DNA from: Somniosus microcephalus
Taxonomy: Eukaryota
Assembly: GCA_052327205.1 (NCBI GenBank)
Contig: CM126228.1
Coordinates: 14,198,001 to 14,262,000 of the forward strand
Length of the DNA stretch: 64,000 nt
Direction: 5' to 3'
The position numbers were made by a program, and so were the translations under genes. This document shows positions 12,956-25,330 of this stretch, one piece after another. The notes beneath the pieces were generated by a model. The model did not search any database. It saw nothing but the letters and a program-made list of their open reading frames with translations, and was not told the DNA's origin. Position 1 is the first letter of the stretch; every line of letters starts with the position of its first letter.

Positions 12956-14539
12956 CCTCCAGACAGCCTGCTCACATTTGGGAAATGACCATCCAAGCAA
13001 TCTTTCTCCTCGCACTCGGGTGCAGAATGCAAACATACCAACATACTGCAGCATCAGGCTGGCTACTTCTCTCATTCTCCGAGTCATGAGATCCCCTCTC
13101 TAGGCAAATCTACGTTGAGCTGACCAAACTCAGATATTGAAATTGTGGAAACATGATGGCATGATACACAGTGAAATTCTCTTATATAAAATAGCTCGGA
13201 TGGATACAAACAAATGCCATTTCCAATAAACAATGAAGGAAAATAATTGGAACTTGGTAACAATGTGTAAATATCAGTATAACACCAGGAGCCTTCCTTA
13301 TGGATTGTGGATTCAATCAGCCTATAATTTGTATCAAAGCAAACCCAAGAAATAATGATCCATAATAACTCTAACAGATCAATAGAGAATGGATACTGAA
13401 GATTGTACAGAAGCATTTGTCATTTGGACAAATGATTGGCATGGAGTCAAAACCTTAGATCATGACACCCTACTGTGCACCAGAACATACAATTATAGTG
13501 ATGTGAAGAGCTTTTCTTGACTGCTTTGCCATTTGGGGCACTGTACTAGCTTGTTATAATTAGTGATTTCACTTCTGAGCCTTTGGAGTTTCCTGGTGAG
13601 TTTCAGAAAAGACAAGAATTTCAATTACTGGAATAAAAAGTAAGACTGTCATTGGTTACCCAGTAGTCTCCATTTGTGTTAGGGAGTTTCTGACCTTACT
13701 TTATGTTCCCAATGGCCAAGAACAAAAGGTTTACTCAAACCAGATGCTTAAGTGAATCACTGATCATGGTTTGCATCACTTAATTATCTACTAATAGCTG
13801 TAGCGTTTTACAGAGTCCGATAGAGAATGCTTTACTTGGTATTTAAGTATCGCCCTGTGATTTCAGTAATCCCATGTCCCCCATTCTAGCATAGACACTT
13901 CTAACATACGTCATAGATAGAGCTTTGGAGGTTCAAACATTCATTACATGTTTGCCGGTAGGGGAGAGCAAGCACAACATTCCCTCTTTAAAAAACTAAT
14001 ATCTATCTCTCACATGATGGCCTTATGGCCTCCAAGTGCCAAATTAGCAGCAATTTGGAGCATTTTGGCACGATTAATTAGTTTTCATTTAGATCTGGGT
14101 TCAAGTTAAGGGGTTAGTTATACTACAGGCAGACCTGTGGGATTCGATCCTGAGCTGGCAGATCCAAGTTATAGAACTAGTTCCCATTACTATACTTAGC
14201 CAGAATTCTGCACTCTATTCCCACAAGCATCCAGTGTGTGGCTCACTCTTGTTTAATTTTCAAGTTCAGAGTGAGGTAATATTAACCTTAGGCTTTGAAG
14301 CAAACTGTGGCTACACTTCAGCAAGCTGGAAACCCTGAGGATTGTCATTGGCACTCTACAGATGCACTGTAGTGTATCTAACCCATTGGTTTGAACCTAA
14401 TGAAAACAAATTAATTCCTCGAAACATCTCCAAATCATTCCTCAAAACGATTCTAAATTACTATTCATTTGAGACTACCAGAACAATCACTGATCTGGCT
14501 TTGCATTGACAAACTGGTAGCACAATTCACCCTGCTTAC

Positions 14540-14782
14540 CCTCCAAGTTCCCCTTCAAGTCACACACCATCCTAACTTGGAAATATTTTGCTGTTCCTTT
14601 ATCGTCGCTGGGTCAAAATCCTAGAACTCCCTACCTAACAGCAGTGTGGGAGTACATTCACCACATGGACTGCTGTGGTTCAAAATGGCAGCTCACCATC
14701 ACCTTCTCAAGGGCAATTAGGGATTGGCAATAAATGCTGGCCTTGCCAGCGACGCCCACATCCCATGAATGAATAAATAAAC
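14540..14782 (+). mobile_element. non-LTR retrotransposon 3' end (CR1-group family distinct from HER1)
   Basis: CAAGTCACACACCATCC...GGGTCAAAATCCT.GAACTCCCTACCTAACAGC...CTTCTCAAGGGCAATTAGGG...CCCACATCCCATGAATGAAT; second copy at 63300-63628. Confidence 0.75.
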
Positions 14783-14844
14783 AAAAAGGTTGCAATGTTC
14801 CCACAAACAAAAGTAAAGGAGCTCAAAATAAAAACCATCTTGTG

Positions 14845-15435
14845 GGATGCTGATGGCTCAGCTGGTGAAGATATGAGTGATACAGACTACACAAGTCCCA
14901 GTTTCAATCGCCAGTGTCTACTATGCTAACTGATTTCACCTACAGTGGTGGTAGGGGCACTACAATTGGTCTTGGGTAAAGGGGAGATTGCAGGGTGTGG
15001 TGATTATTCCTTGATTAGTAAAAGTATTGTGATTCGTTGTTTGTTAACTGCCTTGGGATATGTGTTGTAATCTCATTGGTAGTTGATGATCACATGATGT
15101 GTTGTGGCTACCTTAAATTCAGTCCTTTTCTAGCTTTAGTTGGGACTGGATGTAGAAAGATATGCTGCCGATTTTAAAGTTAATAAAGCCTAACTTTGGA
15201 AGGCAAATCTATTCTTTATTTCACAGGGTTATGAACATTGAACAAGGACAGGATCAGACTTGGTTGTAATGTCCTTCACATTCGAACAGCCTGCCAACAT
15301 TCCCGTCTAGACTCCCACATGAAGAATGCCCCCCGCCCCCCCCCCCCCCAAGGTCAGGTCACAAAAGGGCAACTACTTCAATAGTTAACTCAGTAAGGAA
15401 TAAAGACCTTCAGTGGAAGAGAGGAGAATATTGTA
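14845..15435 (+). mobile_element. SINE 'family B', degenerate and interrupted
   Basis: TGATGGCTCAGCTGGT A-box-like and CCCAGTTTCAATC B-box-like head; body GGACAGGATCAGACTTGG.TGTAATG...CTAGACTCCCACATGAAGAATG. Confidence 0.55.
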
Positions 15436-15459
15436 AGTATAAAGAGAAGGCAAAGTAGA

Positions 15460-15906
15460 AAGAAAAAAAGAACTTGCATTTATGTAGCACCTTTCACAAC
15501 TTCAGGATATCCCAGCAATTTGTGCACAGCAAGATCCCACAAACAGAAATGTGATAATTGTCAGATAATTTGTTGTAGTGACGTTGCTTGAGTGATAAAT
15601 ACTGGCCAGGACACTGGGAATAACTCTCCTGCTCTTAGAATCATAGAAAAATTACGACACAGAAGGAGGCCATTCAGCCCATCGTGTCCATGCCGTACTT
15701 CTTCAAAGTAGTGCCATGGGATCCTTTACAACCACCTGAGAGAGCAGACAGGGCCTCGGTTTAATGTCTCATCTGAAAGGCGGCACCTCTGTACTGCACT
15801 AGAGTGTCAGCCTAAATTTTGTGCTCAAGTCCCTGGAGCGGGAAGATGAATCCACAACCTTCTGACTTGGAGGTGGGAGTGCAACCCATTGAGCCGTGGC
15901 TGACAC
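15460..15906 (-). mobile_element. DeuSINE containing a short CR1 3' tail (15636-15696, minus)
   Basis: Homologous to 228-685; interrupted by TAGAATCATAGAAAAATTACGACACAGAAGGAGGCCATTCAGCCCATCG. Confidence 0.85.
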
Positions 15907-16799
15907 CAAGGAAAGGAAAGGAATGCAATTTCAGTATCTTTGGAGGCTTACAATGTGATGTGTGCTCAGTTTACATTACTCATACTGCCCTATTCAGAGG
16001 TCAAGGTCCAGCTTTTACAAAGTGTCAGAATCACAGAATTACTATTGTGATAACAGGGAGAAACAGTTTACTTTCATTCTATTGTAACTGAACATGCAAT
16101 TGATGATCACACAAGGTTAATTGAGTAGACGATCACATTCAATCACACCAGTTGAAAATAGTTCTTCCAATGCTACTACTAATATTTTCTCATAGTTATT
16201 CTCTGTTCTATAAATATAGCAACTGGTTTCACCAGTTACAAGGTTCTACAATGAACCATGAACAGCTCAACAAAAGTGATGATATAATATGGTATACAGG
16301 CTACTTCTGGAATCCTGAAAGGGACAGGTATTGGTGAAATATCGCATTATGAATAGTATTTATAAAAAAATAGGGAGATCAGGTTACATTATTGGCATTG
16401 AGATGTGGCCTTTTACCATCTTTCTTGGTCCTGCCATGATTTCGGGCCACTGGTTCATGGCCAGTATATTCCACCTCTAGAACAGTAAGGCTTTAAATAA
16501 TATTCAGCAACGATCCCAGCCAGTCTCAAAAGTTATTCTCATTAGAAAGCTATAAATAAAATAAAGCCAGTGTGTATAAATGAATACACACTGCTTTATG
16601 ACAAATAAATGCCTGATATTCAAGGAATATGATTCACTCATTTATATTTATATATCATTGCTTGGCCATTCTACCCACAAAACAGGAGTATGAGGATTAG
16701 TACAGATAAAGACAAATCAAATGTTGTGTGAAACATGACAGGTCTTGAGTTGCTGAGACCATTGAAGTGTCATTCCAAGAATCGGAACTGGTTCAGATG

Positions 16800-16975
16800 G
16801 TACAATATAGGATGTAAGGTTAGACAGAGATTTTGGAGCTTGATTTTTAAGCCTTTCTCTGGAGATGAAATGAAGTAGGGTGGAGTCCATGATAGGTCAG
16901 GTTGTACATGGTCCGTGGAAAGGGTACGTTTGATGGGGCTGAATGGCCTAATATTGTTTTGTGCTCTTTTATGTT
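16800..16975 (+). mobile_element. old CR1 3' fragment
   Basis: TTGATGGGGCTGAATGGCCT...TTTATGTTT 3'-end motif. Confidence 0.45.
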
Positions 16976-17201
16976 TTTGATCATTAGGGAACTTGAATGT
17001 CCATGACCCATAAGATGGTAATCTAAACATTTAAGGCATATATTTGTCCTGACATTAAATAACCAAGATGTTCTTTCACTAAACTTGCCATTGATCTAGG
17101 GGTATATACAATAGAACTGTCATAAGATACTTATCTTCCCCTTTTTCCCTCAAAGGTGACTTGAATTTACCATAGTCAATCGTTTGGATTCAAGGTGTAA
17201 T

Positions 17202-17861
17202 GGGGGAAAAATTGGGTTGCTTTGCACCTCCCATTAGCGCCCTCTTAGCGCCCCGCGGCATGCGCTGCTGGCAATGATGTAATCACCATGTGCAGCGGCA
17301 TGCTCATGCATAGGCTGCGATCTTCGGGAGTGCCCCCTGACTTACCGCCAGATGCTATGTCTGATGGGGTCAGAGGGGCCTACCTGTGGCCAGGGAGGCG
17401 CACTTTAGAGGCAAGATGCGGGACGGCCATTTTTGTTGCTGGCCGCCTGCCAGCACCTGCGTGCACTCCCGTCCCCGGCCTCCTGAATGGCCACCGCCCC
17501 CCCAACCCCCACGGAGTGCCAGCTGCGCTCCAAGAGCCCGGCACTTCTCTTGAGTGCTGGGCTCTTTTGCTGGCACTCCCGATCCCTGGGAGCCCAGCTG
17601 GGCCCCAGAATGCGCTGCGCAAGGCCCCGTCCCTTTAAGAAGGGGAGAAAGGCCTGCAATACCGCGGCGCGACGTGCCTCAGCGCATGGCACTGCGGCAC
17701 GTAGTGCCACGATATTGACTCACAGCACCCCAAGAGGGATGTGGGGTGCTTCCTGTAGCGCCCCACTTCCCTCTTGGGGCGCAAACACTCAATTTGCAGC
17801 ACAGGGGTGCTAATTTTTCCAGGGTAGCTAAAAGTAGTGCCCCAGCGAAGTTAGCACCCCC
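17202..17861. mobile_element. Harbinger-like GC-rich MITE (same family as 10772-11395)
   Basis: GGGGG...CCCCC termini; shared internal CCCTTTAA..GGG.AGA..GCCTGCAA and CCAAGAGG...TAGCGC.CC.CTTC.CTCTTGG.GC motifs; TIR imperfect. Confidence 0.7.
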
Positions 17862-18189
17862 ATAGCCCATAGTGTATACATTGAAGCAATTGCTGAGTAT
17901 AGAGAATCCTCTGCTGCTCACACTACCCAGAGCAGAATGTTCAGAATGTTTTTGTATCTTTCAACTAGTCGCATTTTATTTAAAGCAATATTTTGTACAA
18001 CAAGAAATTACAACACAGAATTCACACAAAATGATGTGAAACGTAATCAAAACTGCCATGGATAGCATTCAGGTGATAGCACAAAAAGAACGAATGAGCA
18101 GTGAGTCCATTCTGCAGCTGCAACAGTCAAAGGAGCTATAAAGCTGAGTGGCTTTAAGAGATGAATTTCAATATTATACATTTGATAGA

Positions 18190-18235
18190 TACATACACAC
18201 ACACACGCACACACACATATATATATACGCACACA
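18190..18235. repeat. (AC)n/(AT)n microsatellite
   Basis: direct inspection. Confidence 0.9.
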
Positions 18236-18464
18236 CTAACAAAGACACCACCAGCTGAACATGTATTGATTGAATGGTTACTCTTACTTCCAGCAGCTCC
18301 TATGAACAGTGTCTGATTCTGACTGGCTCAACCATAAGGGTCACTTGATGTCAAGCTTGGGTTTAAAAACATGTAGATTGTATGAGCAAAGGGAGACTGA
18401 GGAAAGTGATGAATGCCACAGTTTTCAAGTCCTGGGAATAATGAGTCCTGATTTCTCCTTATCT

Positions 18465-18981
18465 AAGGAAGAATATACTTGCCTTAGAGGCAGTGCAATG
18501 AAGGTTCGCTAGATCGATCCCTGGGATGTGAGGGCTGTCCTATGAGGAGAGATTGAGTAGATTGGGCCTATACTCTCTGGAGTTTAGAAGAAAGAGAGGT
18601 GATCACATTGAAACATATAAGATTCTGAGGGGGATTGACAAGGTAGATGTTGAGAGGTTGTTCCCCCTGGCTGGAGAGTCTAGAACTAGGGGGGCATAGT
18701 CTCAGGATAAGGGGTCGGCAATTTAAGACTGAGATGAGGAGGAATTCCTTCACTCAGAGGGTTGTGAACCTTTGGAATACTCTGCCCCAAAGGATGCTCA
18801 GTCATTGAGTATATTCAAGGCTGAGATCGAGAGATTTTTGGATTCTAAGGGTATCAAGGGATATGGGGATCAGGCAGGAAAGTGGAGTTGAGGTCAAAGA
18901 TCAGCCATGATCTTATTGAATGGTGGAGCAGGCTCGAGGGGCTGTATGGCCAACTCCTGCTCCTAATTCTTATGTTCTTAT
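18465..18981 (+). mobile_element. CR1/HER1 LINE 3' end
   Basis: LSYEERLSRLGLYSLEFRR.RGD.IETYKILRG-like coding end plus the same 3'UTR as 7350-7636. Confidence 0.92.
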
Positions 18982-19977
18982 TTCATGCAGTTATAAGGAG
19001 CCATACAATAAACACAAATATCACACGAGTTTAGGTTTGTTACTGGATTTTACTCATGAAAAACTTGATCTTTCATTGAGATAAGTTTTGAATCTTACTG
19101 AAGCACTAAGCAATTCCCAAGTGACTATTTCTACTTTTGCACCAATATGCAATGCTAACGCAACAAAGATTCTAATGAATAAAAAAAAGACAAAGTGGTG
19201 GCATGCATTTGCAAAGAGCAAATGTCTTCTGCACAAGTAGATGCTATATTAGCTAATGTTGTTAATGGTTCCCTCTCCTCAGGTACTGCTCCCTGCCCCT
19301 TCAAATCTCCCATCATTACACCCCTCCTCAAAAAAAACACCCTTTACCCTTCTGTCCTTGCAAACTACTGCCCCATCTCCAACCTTCCTTTCCACTCTTT
19401 GAACATGCTGTTGCCTCCCAAATCTGTGCCCATCTTTCCTGCAACTCCATGTTTGAACCCCTCCAGTCAGATTTCCGCCCCGCCACAGCACTCAAACAGC
19501 CTTACCAAAGTCACAAATTACATACTATGTGACTTTGACCATGGTAAACTATCTCTCCTCATCCTTCTCGATCTGTCTGCAGCCTTTGACACAGTCGACC
19601 ACAATATCCTCCTCCATCCTCTCCTCTGTTGTCCAGCTTGATGGGACTGCATTCATCTCGTTCCATTCCTAGCTATCCAGTCTAAGCCAGAGAATCACCT
19701 GCAATGGCTTCTCTTCGTGCTTTTGCATAGTTACCTTGGAGTCCCTCAGGGATCTACCCTTGGTCCCCTCCGATTACTCATCTACATGCTGCCCCTTGAC
19801 AACATCATCCGAGAACACATCAGGCCCCACATGTTCACTGATGACACTCAGCTCTACCTCACCGCCCCCTCTCTCAATCCCCCCACTGCCTCTGATTTGT
19901 CACACTGATTGTCCGACATCCAGTATTGGATGAGAAGAAATTTCCTCAAATTAAATATTAGGAAGACCAGAGCCAAT

Positions 19978-20724
19978 GGGGTGGAAATTGCAGTCGGAGG
20001 TTTCCCACGGGTGAGTGCCAATGATTCGCAAGAAAGGTACACACCTACTTAGTGCCTCTGTATCTTTGGACTCTTGCAGTCCTGGGCCTGCAGGCAGAGG
20101 CTGCATAAAGACCCACATATCCCAGGGGTTCATGCGGTTCGCAAGCATCCCCGGGACCATGTGGGCCAGCCCAACCAACCACAGGGGGGTTTCCCATTAT
20201 GCTTATGGGGATTTCATTTACATACGGAATCCCTATAAGCATAATAGGAATAAAAAACACACTTTCACCCCACTTAAATAAAAATAAATCATTACATGTT
20301 AAAAATTAATTAAATACAATTTAATTAAACATTTAAAACAAAGACTTATTTTTTTGAAAAATAAATTTAAACATTTTTAAAGGGGCCAAAAATAACCTAA
20401 ACTTATTTAAAAGGTTTTTGAATGTTGAAATGATTTTTTAAATGTTATTTTAATATTTATTTAAACCCTTATGCTGGTAAAAGAAGGCCTGATGCCTGCT
20501 TTTACCAGACGTAAGAGTTTCATGGGCATTTGCTGGGCAGTAGTTGGGCACCAGCGAATGTCCATTTCCTTCAGATTCGTATGACCTGTCAAGCTGAAAC
20601 TTGACAGATTGCAAGTTCCGGGTTTTTGCACATGCACATCGCATGCGGAAACCCGGAACTTGCGGGGCACTTCTGAACACGTACGCTGTGTGTATGCAGT
20701 CATAGGCCCCAGAAAATCCGGGCC
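19978..20724. mobile_element. Harbinger-like MITE inserted in L2
   Basis: Ends GGGGTGGAAATTGCAGTC / revcomp GGCCCGGATTTTCTG; flanks AAT and ATT; removal restores L2 GAAGACCAGAGCCATTGTCTTTGGTCCCCG. Confidence 0.8.
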
Positions 20725-21029
20725 ATTGTCTTTGGTCCCCGCCACAAATTCTGTTCCGTAGCCACTGACTCCATCCCTCTGCCTAGTCACTATCCGAGGC
20801 TGAACCAGACTGATCGCAACCTTGGCATCGTATTTGACCCTGAACTCAGCTTCTGACCAAATATGCTCTCCATCACCAAGACCGCCTACTTCCACCTCCG
20901 TAACACCATCCATCTCTGTCGCTGCCTCAACTCACCTGCTGCTGAAACCCTCATCCAATTCCTTTGTTACCTCTATTCCAATGCTCTCCTGGTCAGCCTC
21001 CCACCTTGCAACTTCCATTACTTGAGCTC

Positions 21030-21373
21030 AGAATCACAGAAACCCCACAGTGCAGATAGAGGCCATTTCAGCCCATCGAGCCTGCACCAACACATATCCC
21101 ACCCGATCCCCGTAACCCCTACACCAACACATATCCCACCCTATCCCCGTAACCCCACGTATTTAATCCCCCTAACACTAAGGGTCAATTTATCATAGCC
21201 AATCAACCTAACCCGCACATCTTTGGACTGTGGGAGGAAACCGGAGCACCCGGAGGAACCCCACGCAAACACGGGGAGAATGTGCAAACCTCCACACAGA
21301 CAGTCGCCTGAGGCCCGATTCGAACCCGGGTCCCTGGCGCTGTGAGGCAACAGTGCTAACCACTATGCCACCA
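21030..21373 (-). mobile_element. HE1 SINE (V-SINE), young
   Basis: GGTGGCATAGTGGTTAGCACTG A box, GGTTCGAATC B box, V-domain GGAGGTTTGCACATTCTCCCCGTG...CCTCCGGGTGCTCCGGTTTCCTCCCAC; CR1-like tail; 6-bp TSD GAGCTC (21024-21029, 21374-21379); internal 37-bp tandem duplication 21085-21157. Confidence 0.95.
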
Positions 21374-21934
21374 GAGCTCCTCCAAACTCTGCTGCCCATA
21401 TCCTAACTCATACCAAGTCCTGTTCACCCATCCCCCCTGTGCTCGCTGACCCAACGCTGGCTCCCGGTCCGGCAATGCCTTGATTTTAAAATAGTCATCC
21501 TTGCTTTCCAACCCCACCATGGCCTTACCCAGCTGTCTCTGTAACCTTCCCAAGCCCTACAACCCTCTGAGATCTCTGCGCTTCTCCAATTCCAGTCTCC
21601 TGCGCATCCCCGATTTTAATCACCCCACCATTGGCGGCCGTGCCTTCAGCTGCCTGGGCCCTAACCTCTGGACTTCCCTCCCTAAACCTCTCCACCTCTC
21701 TCTCCTCCTTTAAGAAGCGCCTAAAACCTACTTCACCTGTCCTAATATCTGCTGTTGTGGCTCGGTGTCAAATTTTGTCTGATAATCGCTCCTGTGAACC
21801 GGCTTGAGACGCTTTACTAAGTTAAAAGCGCTATCTAAATGTAAGTTGTTGTCGTGAGACAAAGGCAAAACCGTTTCACAGTAATGCAAACTGTGCAGAA
21901 GAATTGGCCTAAAAAGTGTTGCATAATCAATTGT

Positions 21935-22365
21935 GTTAACTTGGTTCAATTGGTAGCATTCTTGCTTTTGAATCAGAAGTGTGGATCGAAGGACTTGAGG
22001 ATATAATCTAGCCTGACACTTCAGTGCTGTGCTAAGGAAGTACTGCCCTTCCTTCAGACGAGACATTGCACTGAGAACCTGTCTGTCCTTTAGGTGGACA
22101 TTAGAAGATTCCATTGCACTAGTCTTGAGGAGCGGGGCTATTCTCCCGGTATTCTGGCCGGTATTCCTCCCTTAATCACCACCATTAAAAGCAGATTAAC
22201 TGGGTATTTATCTCAGTGCTGTTTCTGTAAAACTTGCTGTGCACAAAATGACTGCTGCATTTGCCTACTATACGACAGTGACGGCGCTTCAAAGTAATTC
22301 AGATGAAGGCCGCAAGACGTTTGAGACGTGATAAGACCCCTGTAGAAACGCAGCGCTGTCTTTTC
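21935..22365 (+). mobile_element. degenerate DeuSINE
   Basis: GGTTCAATTGGTAGCATTCTTGC...GGACTTGAGG..ATAATCTAGCCTGACACTTCAGTGC head and Deu core. Confidence 0.75.
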
Positions 22366-22699
22366 AATTCCTTTCCTGACAAAGCCGTATGATAACGTTA
22401 AGGAGCAGCACAGGCTTTCGCTCCCTCCGCCCCGCCCTGTAATTTTCCAGCGTTCGATTTGTCTATTTCAGGTTACTTTCAGATACTTAGAACATCAAAT
22501 TCAATCAATGCAGTCATCACTCTGTACTGGGGCGGCTAACAGACAACGGCAATCAAATGCACGGGGGAGTGACACAAGAAAATAAGCTTATTCAGTATTT
22601 AATAATTTCGGACACACTGTCCAAATACACTTATTGTATTTTTAATATAAACCGATAATAACACAGGATGTATGTTTCCGAGCTGATCACGCGGGGGTG

Positions 22700-23300
22700 G
22701 GCGATGCCAAGGGTCTGATAGGAAGAAGTAGATTCAGATGCAAACCAGTCACATCTGCTAGCGCCTCCTCCCCAATAATATGAGGCATTTGAGAGATGTA
22801 AATGGTTTAAAGGCATTTTTTATCGTTAAGATCAGAGGAACAAGGCACATGTCGTTGATGGGGGGAGATTTTGCTTTTCTATAACGATTTCCTTTGAAGT
22901 TTGATAAATGTATGTGTGTGTGGGGGTGGGCTTCCTGTACACGGAGGAGATAATGAGTTAAACGCTCTCTATTTGCCTGGTTGAGGTGCTTGCTCGACAT
23001 AAATGCAGCTTCCAGACCCTTTTGTACTACCTTTCAACAAGAGCATTTTGCCACAAGAGCCCTTAATAACAGGTCTGATAAGCATGTGTAATTTGGCATA
23101 TTTCGCCCTTCTGTTGGGAGCATTCGGCTCAATGATGGCATCAAACCTAAAGAGATGTTTACTTAGTTGTTTTAATGCATAGCAGTAATTTCCCTGTGAT
23201 GGGCAATATCAAAAGGAAATATTTACAAAACAAAGGGGCATCATCAAAATCCTGGTCTCCTTCCATTCTACACAAATAAATATTAAAAAGGAACCTTTAA
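22700..23300. promoter_or_regulatory. candidate conserved non-coding element/enhancer
   Basis: Unique, non-coding, motif-dense (CTTTGAA 22892, AACAAAG 23229, several TAAT) at the start of the CpG-retaining domain; conservation not tested. Confidence 0.35.
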
Positions 23301-23679
23301 AAACACAGATATCAAATCAATCCATGGGCTGAAGTCTGGCCCGAGCAGGAGGAAAGTGGTGCAGTTACAGTCAGGACCGGTGTAATACCCTGGGTCATTG
23401 ACGGTCACACCTGTAGATGCCGGCGCTCTGTCGCGGAACGTGTGCTATACACATCATGGCTTTGCTGTTGCATATATCAATGCAAGTTGTTGTTGCTGCT
23501 CCTGTTGTCATTCTGCCCCCTTTGAAATTCCTAAAGTTTGAGCCCCTAACAATAAGTACTCAACTTGACCATAGAGTACTACAAATGAATTCTCGACTCT
23601 TCCAGCTGCATTTTCCCTCCCAGTGCAATAGCTTTATATTCAGTGTTCCCCGTACATTCAGGTGGGGGTGCGGTTTCTG

Positions 23680-24823
23680 TATGCGCGTGTGTGAGTGTGT
23701 GTAAGGGAGTGAGAGTTAGTGTGTGTCTGTGTGCCTGTGTGTGTTTAAGGGAGTGGGAGTTAGTATGTGTGTCTGAGTGAGTGAGTGAGTGTAAGGGAGT
23801 GGGAGTTAGTGTGTGTGAGTGAGTGAGTGTAAGAGAGTGAGAGTGAGTGTGTGTCTGTGCGTGAGTGAGTGAGTGTAAGGGAGTGGGAGTTAGTGTGTGT
23901 GTCTGAGTGAGTGAGTGAGTGTAAGGGAGTGGGAGTTAGTGTGTGTGAGTGAGTGAGTGAGTGTAAGGGAGTGGGAGTTAGTGTGTGTGAGTGAGTGAGT
24001 GTGAGTGAGTGACTGTGCGTAAGGGAGTGGGAGTTAGGGAGTGGGAGTTAGTGTGTGTGAGTGAGTGAGTGTGAGGGAGTGGGAGTTAGTGTGTGTGAGT
24101 GAGTGAGTGAGTGAGTGTAAGGGAGTGGGAGTTAGTGTGTGTGTCTGAGTGAGTGTAAGGGAGTGGGAGTTAGTGTGTGTGAGTGAGTGAGTGAGTGTAA
24201 GGGAGTGGGAGTTAGTGTGTGTGAGTGAGTGAGTGTGAGTGAGCGAGTGTGCGTAAGGGAGTGGGAGTTAGGGAGTGGGAGTTAGTGTGTGTGAGTGAGT
24301 GAGTGTGAGGGAGTGGGAGTTAGTGTGTGTGAGTGAGTGAGTGAGTGAGTGTAAGGGAATGGGAGTTAGTGTGTGTGAGTGAGTGAGTGAGTGAGTGTAA
24401 GGGAGTGGGAGTTAGTGTGTGTCTGTGCGTGAGTGAGTGAGTGTAAGGGAGTGGGAGTTAGTGTGTATGTGTGTGTGAGTGAGTGAGTGTAAGGGAGTGG
24501 GAGTTGTGTGTGAGTGAGTGAGTGAGTGTAAGAGAGTGAGAGTGAGTGTGTGTCTGTGCGTGAGTGAGTGTAAGGGAGTGGGAGTTAGTGTGTGTGAGTG
24601 AGTGAGTGAGTGTAAGAGAGTGAGAGTGAGTGTGTGTCTGTGCGTGAGTGAGTGAGTGTAAGGGAGTGGGAGTTAGTGTGTGTGTAAGTGAGTATCTGAG
24701 TGAGTGTGTAAGGGAGTGGGAGTTAGTGTGTGTGTAAGTGAGTATCTGAGTGAGTGTGTAAGGGAGTGGGAGTTAGTGTGTGTGTGAGTATCTGAGTGAG
24801 TGAGTGTGTGTAAGAGAGTGAGT
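23680..24823. repeat. GT-rich compound minisatellite, unit ~GTGTAAGGGAGTGGGAGTTAGTGTGTGT(GAGT)n
   Basis: ~1.15 kb of tandem variable units; higher-order duplication with 234-bp offset (24023 vs 24257). Confidence 0.97.
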
Positions 24824-24899
24824 GGGCGATCCTAGTTGCCTGTGAAAAAGTGAAATGCTATACTGAAGAATCTGAAATTACTTTCGCTGCATTTCCTGC

Positions 24900-25330
24900 T
24901 CACGAATCAAGCCTTAAATCAGCAGCAGGATTTAGGTGCAGTTCATAATGAAATCCTTTGAGAATCTGTTGTACGAAGTGTTGAATGTAGGAGAGGTACA
25001 GTTCACACAGATCTGGGAGCTGTGCTAGAATCCACCTTCAATCCATTGTACTGTGTCATTAATCTAATTTGTTAAGATCACAGTGCCCCCGCTCGCCCGA
25101 TGATTTCTTTGCTAATTTGCTCCATACAGCAACATTTTGTATTTATCAGTCACCAATCTTTTAACCTCAGTCCAAAGCAAAAAAAAACCTTTGATAAGTT
25201 CAAAGCGATGAGACTGAATTAAGCTCCTCTGTTTTAATGAACCCGATTGAATGGGACTTTGAAAGGGCTGCAAATGGAGTCGGGTCTCACAGCCGTCTGA
25301 TGAAGGGGCTCGTGTATGTTTTAATTCGTT
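24900..25330. promoter_or_regulatory. candidate Wnt-responsive enhancer (TCF/LEF cluster)
   Basis: CTTTGAT 25189-25195, TTCAAAG 25199-25205, CTTTGAA 25257-25263, plus CATTGT and TAAT motifs. Confidence 0.45.

Larger units (their letters stand above)
19240..21851 (+). mobile_element. L2 LINE RT pseudogene with nested MITE and HE1 SINE
   Basis: ITPLLKK..L.P.VLANY.PISNLPF, LILLDLSAAFDTVDH, GVPQGSTLGP, HMFTDDTQLYL (YADD-equivalent), TKTAYFHLRN; 3' tail GCGCTATCTAAATGTAAGTTGTTGT. Confidence 0.92.

Noticed and set aside
13084-13416. 110-aa ORF
   Set aside because: No recognisable domain or convincing splice context.
21310-21373. tRNA gene
   Set aside because: It is the tRNA-derived head of an HE1 SINE with TSD and body.
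23680-24823. CRISPR-like repeat-spacer array
   Set aside because: Eukaryotic DNA; the inter-unit sequences are simple (GT)/(GAGT) runs, not unique spacers.
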